Shown here one piece after another: positions 58,829-64,000 of a stretch of DNA of 64,000 bases. A model generated the notes under the pieces. The model was not told the DNA's origin, ran no database searches, and saw nothing but the letters and a program-made list of their open reading frames with translations. Both the position numbers and the translations under genes were made by a program. The stretch is from Bacillota bacterium. GTDB lineage: Bacteria > Bacillota > Limnochordia > Darwinibacteriales > DTU012. Within the stretch, counting starts at the first letter, position 1. Each line of letters starts with the position of its first letter. The stretch covers positions 24,919 to 88,918 of the forward strand of contig JAAYMV010000074.1 in the NCBI GenBank assembly GCA_012521185.1. The letters are read 5' to 3'.

Positions 58829-59290
58829 ATGTCTGTTCTAGATAAGGTGTTAATAATGTTAGGGGTGCGGGAAGAGCATGAATTAGATGAGGAATCCGTC
58901 GAACAATTAAATGATGTTCCAGAAATAGTAAGACCGCAACCAACTGCCAGAGAGCGGAGAGAAGACCGGCAAGCACGCAGAAGCAATTTAGTTAGTCTTG
59001 AAGGTGCCGTAAAACAAACAAAAGTGATGATTATAGAACCTACCGCTTTTGAGGAAGTCCGTACTTATGTAGATCATTTGCGGAGTAAACACCCATTAAT
59101 AATTCGTTTGGATAATTTGGATATGGATGAAGCACGGCGAATTGTAGATTTTATGAGTGGGGCAACATATGCTGTTGATGGTAACATGCGTAAGTTAGGC
59201 GACAAAATCTTTTTCTTTGCACCACATTCCGTTGTGATTGAGGGAGAGATTGAAACTTCAGTTTTCGAATTAGAGAGGTATGAGTCATGA
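58829..59290 (+). CDS. sepF: Cell division protein SepF
   Basis: Conserved C-terminal domain (VMIIEPTAFEEVRTYVDHL...IIRLDNLD), 153 aa, dcw-cluster context. Confidence 0.85.
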   Translation: MSVLDKVLIMLGVREEHELDEESVEQLNDVPEIVRPQPTARERREDRQARRSNLVSLEGAVKQTKVMIIEPTAFEEVRTYVDHLRSKHPLIIRLDNLDMDEARRIVDFMSGATYAVDGNMRKLGDKIFFFAPHSVVIEGEIETSVFELERYES

Positions 59291-60069
59291 GACTGGGAAT
59301 GATTGGCGTTGGTGCGATGGGTCAGGCGATTGCACGTCGCTTATTAGAAAAACCGCCTTGGGATGATTTGCAGCTTTATCTTTGTGATTTAGATATCAGC
59401 AAAGCAGACAGGTACCATGATTATCCAAATGTATATTTTAACACTGATATTTCAGCATTAACAGGCTGCGACTTAATTATTTTGGCAGTTAAACCTCAAG
59501 GAGCCATCCCTGTATTGCAAGAGCTTGCTAAATTAGCGGTTCCAGCTATAATTTCAATTGTAGCTGGAATAACTCTGGAAGAATTGGTTAAGTTTAGTAA
59601 CACAGCAGCCATTCGAGTAATGCCTAATACTCCGAGTTTAATTGGAGAGGGGATTAGTGTTTTAACATATTCAGCAGATGTATCAGCTTACCAAAAGGAG
59701 CAGGCTAAAACAATTTTTATGACACTCGGTGAAGTCGTTGAATTAGAGGAGAAGTTTTTCTCTGTAGTAACAGCTCTTAGTGGTGCTGGACCTGCTTATG
59801 TCTACTTAATGATTGAAGCATTAATTGATGCAGCTTGTGCCCATGGTTTATCGCGGGACGTTGCTAAACAATTAGTAGTTTCTACTTTTATTGGTTCTGC
59901 TAAATTGGTGGAACAATCACAACTTCATCCTGCAATTTTAAAGGATCAAGTAACCTCCCCCGGAGGAGTTACTATTAGCGCTTTGCATGTTATGGAGCAA
60001 AGAGGATTAAGAGGGATATTGTGGGATGCTGTTAGCCAGGGAGTAGCTAAAGCCAATGATTTAAAATAA
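59287..60069 (+). CDS. proC: Pyrroline-5-carboxylate reductase
   Basis: MRLGMIGVGAMGQAIA Rossmann fold, and a C-terminal motif GPAYVYLMIEAL...SPGGVTI. Confidence 0.85.
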   Translation: MRLGMIGVGAMGQAIARRLLEKPPWDDLQLYLCDLDISKADRYHDYPNVYFNTDISALTGCDLIILAVKPQGAIPVLQELAKLAVPAIISIVAGITLEELVKFSNTAAIRVMPNTPSLIGEGISVLTYSADVSAYQKEQAKTIFMTLGEVVELEEKFFSVVTALSGAGPAYVYLMIEALIDAACAHGLSRDVAKQLVVSTFIGSAKLVEQSQLHPAILKDQVTSPGGVTISALHVMEQRGLRGILWDAVSQGVAKANDLK

Positions 60070-60077
60070 GATAAAGG

Positions 60078-60353
60078 GTGATCGTTCTGTATATTCTTAT
60101 TTCAGTTATTGATCGTTTATTTGATATATTTTATTATATTTTGTTAGCTCGAGTATTGATTTCTTGGTTTCCCAACATTGATCGAACTCATCCGATTGTG
60201 ATTTTTCTTTATCGTACTACGGAACCTGTCTTACAGCCAGTTCGCAGAATTTTACCACCTGGCTCGATGATAGATTTCTCGCCATTGATTGTGTTTTTAT
60301 TGCTGCCGATTGTAAAACGATTCGTCTTTCAGTTACTGCTATTATTTGCTTGA
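60078..60353 (+). CDS. YggT-family membrane protein
   Basis: 91-aa two-TM protein. Confidence 0.8.
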   Translation: MIVLYILISVIDRLFDIFYYILLARVLISWFPNIDRTHPIVIFLYRTTEPVLQPVRRILPPGSMIDFSPLIVFLLLPIVKRFVFQLLLLFA

Positions 60354-60370
60354 TTTAAGGAGTGCAAGAC

Positions 60371-61156
60371 TTGGATAAGGATAAATTGACTTCACATTTG
60401 CAAGGTGAACGGGAACAGACTATTGGATCCATGGTTTTAGATGCTGCTAAAATAGCTTGGAATACTAATCGTCCGCAAGTGACGAATTTTTATGATCCGT
60501 ACGAACAAACGGTTGCCAGGAGTGTTTTGTCGGGATTGCCAGAGTTAAATGTTTTAACATTTGGTGGTTATCGTCAAGCCGAAAGAGCTCGTTTGGTAAT
60601 AGTTCCACATTTTTTTATTACCGAAGCTATCGAATCACCGATTACTGTTTTACAAGCAACTGGAAATTTTAATTTTAATAAGGTTAAACATGGCGACTTT
60701 TTAGGTTCTTTACTAGGCTTAGGAATTAAGCGGGAAAAAGTAGGGGATATCATTGTATTAGAGAATGGTTGTCAGGTTGTTGTGGCTCAAGAAATTGCTA
60801 ACTATGTAATGCAAAATTGGCTTCAAGTCCACCGAGTAACTATTGCTGTTGAAGAAATAGATCCAGAGCAGATTGCTATTGAACCTGAACGAGTAAAGGA
60901 GATTCGTACCACAGTCGCTTCTTTACGCTTAGATGCAGTTGCAGCTTCAGGTTATGGTACATCCCGGACTAAAATCGTCCGTGATATTAAAGGTGAGCGG
61001 GTAAAGTTAAACTGGAAGACAGTTACTAATCCATCAGCAGAAGTAAAAGAAGGCGATACTTTGTCCATTCGGGGTAGAGGTCGGGTAATAGTGGAAGAGG
61101 TTAAGGGAGAAACGAGAAAAGGCCGGATTAGCTTGGTCTTAAAGCGTTTGATTTAG
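60371..61156 (+). CDS. ylmH: YlmH-family RNA-binding protein (S4 domain)
   Basis: C-terminal S4 domain (RLDAVAASGYGTSRTK). TTG 60371 sits 9 nt after AAGGAG; GTG 60362 is an alternative. Confidence 0.8.
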   Translation: MDKDKLTSHLQGEREQTIGSMVLDAAKIAWNTNRPQVTNFYDPYEQTVARSVLSGLPELNVLTFGGYRQAERARLVIVPHFFITEAIESPITVLQATGNFNFNKVKHGDFLGSLLGLGIKREKVGDIIVLENGCQVVVAQEIANYVMQNWLQVHRVTIAVEEIDPEQIAIEPERVKEIRTTVASLRLDAVAASGYGTSRTKIVRDIKGERVKLNWKTVTNPSAEVKEGDTLSIRGRGRVIVEEVKGETRKGRISLVLKRLI

Positions 61157-61181
61157 GCGAGTTCGCCGGGGAGGGATTTTT

Positions 61182-61742
61182 ATGTTAAAACCGATGGATA
61201 TTCTGAAGGCGGAGTTTAAACAGAGTTTTAAAGGTTATAATGTTGAGGAAGTCGATGCTTTTGTTGCAAAAGTAGTTACGCAATACGAAACTTTAATTCA
61301 AGAAAATAAGCGGTTAGAAGAAGAAATTGAGGATTTAAAAGCTCAACTTCAAGAATATCACAATAAAGAACAAGACATTCACGGTTTAATTGCACTTACA
61401 AAAGAAGCTTGTATAGAAGCTAAAGAAGTTGCTAACCAACATGCGGAATCAATTCTTGAAGAAGCTCGCTTACAAGCAAAAATTATACTTGATAAGGCTG
61501 AATTAGCTGCTAAGCAGCAGTTAAATGAGCTTTATGAGGAAATTAAGCAGCAAAAAGCTCAGTTGCGAGTATTATTAAACCAGGAAAAACAATTTAAAGA
61601 GCGAGTACGTCAGTTGATGGAAGCGGTATGGGGTATAATCGAAACCTCAGGCAAAACCGTGGAAGTAGAAGCTAACGATGATTTTAAAACAAGGGTATAT
61701 CGAGAGTTAGCTAGCACGGAAACAGACGTGGATTTAGATTAG
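61182..61742 (+). CDS. divIVA: Cell division protein DivIVA
   Basis: N-terminal ILKAEFKQSFKGYNVEEVDAFV, followed by coiled-coil. Confidence 0.85.
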   Translation: MLKPMDILKAEFKQSFKGYNVEEVDAFVAKVVTQYETLIQENKRLEEEIEDLKAQLQEYHNKEQDIHGLIALTKEACIEAKEVANQHAESILEEARLQAKIILDKAELAAKQQLNELYEEIKQQKAQLRVLLNQEKQFKERVRQLMEAVWGIIETSGKTVEVEANDDFKTRVYRELASTETDVDLD

Positions 61743-61746
61743 GTTA

Positions 61747-61775
61747 TTGACTTTAACTGTTCGATTTTGTATAAT
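61747..61775 (+). promoter_or_regulatory. Sigma-A promoter TTGACT-17-TATAAT for the ileS leader
   Basis: Read directly from the sequence. Confidence 0.55.
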
Positions 61776-61781
61776 TACAAC

Positions 61782-62017
61782 AAATTAAATCGTAAGGACG
61801 ATGAAGAGGACTGCTATTAAAATGAGGGTCACAGAGAGCCGGGATATGGTGGAAGCCTGGTACCTAGTTTTAATAGGGATCACCTTGGAGTTATCAGCTG
61901 AATTCTAGTAAGCTGTATCGGTAGTTCCGTTATAACTAACAAGTGAAGATCTTAGCGATCTTAATTAGGGTGGTACCGCGGGTAACTCTCGTCCCTTTTT
62001 TTGGGATGAGAGTTTTT
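61782..62017 (+). promoter_or_regulatory. T-box riboswitch leader (Ile-specific) with terminator
   Basis: T-box sequence AATTAGGGTGGTACCGCG at 61963-61980. Terminator hairpin CTCTCGTCCC/GGGATGAGAG + T5 at 61987-62017. Stem I carries an AGAGAG bulge motif, and a candidate ATC-A specifier sits at about 61879. Confidence 0.75.
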
Positions 62018-62040
62018 ATATTTTTAAGGAGGTTTTCTAA

Positions 62041-64000
62041 GTGTCAAAGACTGATTATCAACAAACATTGCAGTTACCAAAGACAGATTTTCCTATGCGA
62101 GGAAATTTGCCCAAAAGAGAACCTGAAATGCTAAAAATTTGGGAACAGGAAAATTACTATCAAAAACTGCAAGAATTAGGTAAAGAACAAGGTTTACCAA
62201 AATTTGTTTTACATGATGGCCCACCATATGCCAATGGTCATATTCACATTGGAACAGCTTTAAACAAAATCTTAAAAGATATTGTAATTCGTTCACGCTC
62301 TATGATTGGCTATACTGTTCCTTATGTTCCTGGCTGGGATACTCATGGTTTGCCAATTGAATTACGGGCCATCCAGGAACTTGGCGTTGATCGAGACAAG
62401 GTTTCTCCAATCGAGCTCCGGCAAAAATGTAAAGAGTATGCCTTACAATATGTGGACATTCAGCGTGAAGAGTTTAAACGACTTGGTATTTGGGGAGATT
62501 GGGATAATCCATATTTGACTCTAAGTCCAGACTATGAAGCACGTCAAATTGAAGTGTTCGGCAAGATGGCTAGTAAAGGTTTTATTTACAAGGCTCTAAA
62601 GCCAGTTTATTGGTGTGCTGATTGTGAAACTGCTTTAGCGGAAGCTGAAATTGAGTATCATGATCATCGTTCGCCTAGTATTTATGTGAAATTTGCGGTG
62701 AAAGATGGTAAGGGAATTTTAGAAGCAGACAATACTTATTTTGTAATTTGGACAACAACTCCCTGGACTATTCCAGCTAACTTAGGAATTTGTCTTAACC
62801 CAAATTTTGAATATGTGTTGATTAAGACAGAAAAAGGCAATTTGGTAGTAGCTAAAGGCTTGTTAGAAGATTTTGTTGAACAAACTCAGTTGCAAGAAGT
62901 AGAGATAGTTCAAGAATTCCACGGTCATCAATTGGAAGGAATTGTTTGCAGTCATCCGTTGTATGAGCGAGATTCACTGGTTATTTTAGGTGATCATACT
63001 ACATTAGAAGCTGGTACTGGTTGTGTCCATACCGCTCCTGGTCATGGTCAAGAAGACTACCAAGTTGGTTTAAAATATGATTTACCTGTTTTTGCCCCTG
63101 TGGATAAGTATGGAAAATTCACAGAAGAAGCTGGAAAATATGTTGGCATGGCAATTACCGATGCCAATAAAGTAATTACTGAAGATTTAGAGCAAGCTGG
63201 TGCTTTGTTGAAGCTAGATTTTGTCAACCACTCTTACCCTCATTGCTGGCGCTGTAAGGAACCAGTATTCTTTCGGGCGACAGAACAATGGTTTGCATCT
63301 TTAGCAAAATTCCGTGATGCAATGTTAGAGGCTATTAAGAATGTAGAATGGATTCCAAGCTGGGGTATTGATCGAATCACTAATATGGTTGCCGATCGGG
63401 GAGATTGGTGTATTTCTCGTCAACGGACATGGGGAGTACCAATTCCATTGTTTTACTGCAGTTGTGGTGAGGCAATCATTAACGAAGAAACTACCGCTCA
63501 TGTAGCTGAAATATTCCGCCAGGAAGGCAGTGATGCTTGGTGGCTAAAAGAGGCTAAAGATTTACTGCCTGACGGCTTTACATGTCCTAAATGTGGCGGC
63601 AGCGAGTTTTCTAAAGAAATGGATATTATGGATGTTTGGTTTGACTCTGGAGTTTCACATGCGGCGGTGCTACAACAACGAGATGAATTGCAGTGGCCAG
63701 CTGATTTGTATTTGGAAGGTAGTGACCAACATCGAGGTTGGTTCCAATCATCATTATCTACATCGATTGCCGCCTTTGAGCAAGCACCTTATAAAAGTGT
63801 TTTAACTCATGGTTTCGTAGTGGATGGCGAAGGGAAAAAAATGTCTAAGTCTCTAGGAAACTTTATTGAGCCAGAGCAAATCATTAAGCAGTATGGTGCT
63901 GATATTCTTAGAATGTGGGTTGCTTCTGCTGAATACAGGGGTGACATCCGGGTTTCCAATGATATTTTAAAACAATTATCGGAAGCTTACCGACGAATTC
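62041..64000 (+). CDS. ileS: Isoleucine--tRNA ligase (5' portion; continues beyond the window)
   Basis: GTG start after [18 protein letters not shown]..., the HIGH motif ([12 protein letters not shown]), and the frame is open to the window end. Confidence 0.9.
   Translation, partial: MSKTDYQQTLQLPKTDFPMRGNLPKREPEMLKIWEQENYYQKLQELGKEQGLPKFVLHDGPPYANGHIHIGTALNKILKDIVIRSRSMIGYTVPYVPGWDTHGLPIELRAIQELGVDRDKVSPIELRQKCKEYALQYVDIQREEFKRLGIWGDWDNPYLTLSPDYEARQIEVFGKMASKGFIYKALKPVYWCADCETALAEAEIEYHDHRSPSIYVKFAVKDGKGILEADNTYFVIWTTTPWTIPANLGICLNPNFEYVLIKTEKGNLVVAKGLLEDFVEQTQLQEVEIVQEFHGHQLEGIVCSHPLYERDSLVILGDHTTLEAGTGCVHTAPGHGQEDYQVGLKYDLPVFAPVDKYGKFTEEAGKYVGMAITDANKVITEDLEQAGALLKLDFVNHSYPHCWRCKEPVFFRATEQWFASLAKFRDAMLEAIKNVEWIPSWGIDRITNMVADRGDWCISRQRTWGVPIPLFYCSCGEAIINEETTAHVAEIFRQEGSDAWWLKEAKDLLPDGFTCPKCGGSEFSKEMDIMDVWFDSGVSHAAVLQQRDELQWPADLYLEGSDQHRGWFQSSLSTSIAAFEQAPYKSVLTHGFVVDGEGKKMSKSLGNFIEPEQIIKQYGADILRMWVASAEYRGDIRVSNDILKQLSEAYRRI

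Noticed and set aside
61943-63805. Short ORFs 61943..62134 (+), 62093..62296 (-), 62306..62518 (+), 63593..63805 (+)
   Set aside because: They lie inside the T-box leader or in alternative frames of ileS, which is clearly the real gene (HIGH motif in the main frame).
1-64000. CRISPR arrays, tRNA/rRNA genes, transposases, integrases, prophage or defence-island signatures
   Set aside because: No direct-repeat arrays, cloverleaf tRNAs, recombinase motifs or GC-skewed insertions were seen. The window is conserved core synteny throughout.

Overview
This window is a contiguous, mostly co-directional (+ strand) core-chromosome segment of a low-GC, endospore-forming Firmicute. The evidence is an intact pro-sigma-K gene, the full spoIIIAA-AH operon, spoIVB, spo0A, dpaAB, SleB-like cortex hydrolases, polysaccharide deacetylases and ymxH.

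Gene order closely follows well-known Bacillus/Clostridium synteny blocks:
- yqeG-yqeH ... aroK-aroQ-pepP-efp-spoIIIA-accBC-asp23-nusB-xseAB-ispA-dxs-tlyA-nadK-argR-recN-spoIVB-spo0A
- ymxH-dapB-dpaAB-asd-dapG-dapA-rnj-tepA
- ylmE-sepF-proC-ylmG-ylmH-divIVA-(T-box)-ileS

The 5' end carries an LplABCD-like sugar ABC transporter plus a GH4 glycosidase. A convergent, isolated ArsR regulator and anaerobic RNR NrdD follow.

The most notable non-coding element is a roughly 600-nt G+C-rich, ORF-free block between ispA and a small 4-TM protein gene immediately upstream of dxs. This is the hallmark context of the OLE (ornate large extremophilic) RNA with its partner oapA.

Other points of interest:
- A putative outer-membrane beta-barrel-like protein, hinting at a diderm Firmicute.
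- A Spo0A receiver with an altered acidic pocket.
- A Kae1/YeaZ-like ASKHA protein where folD normally sits.
- A highly acidic zinc-ribbon protein between efp and spoIIIA.
- A steA-steB-GT2-GT4 cluster after spo0A.
- A spore-cortex remodelling cluster (LysM-SleB, two NodB deacetylases, SH3b-GH18).
- Promoter-like matches to sigma-E and sigma-K consensus upstream of spoIIIA, dpaA and sigK.

I found no CRISPR array, tRNA, transposase, integrase or recognisable defence island. I cannot support a claim of a wholly new system from sequence alone; the findings list what deserves a second look.
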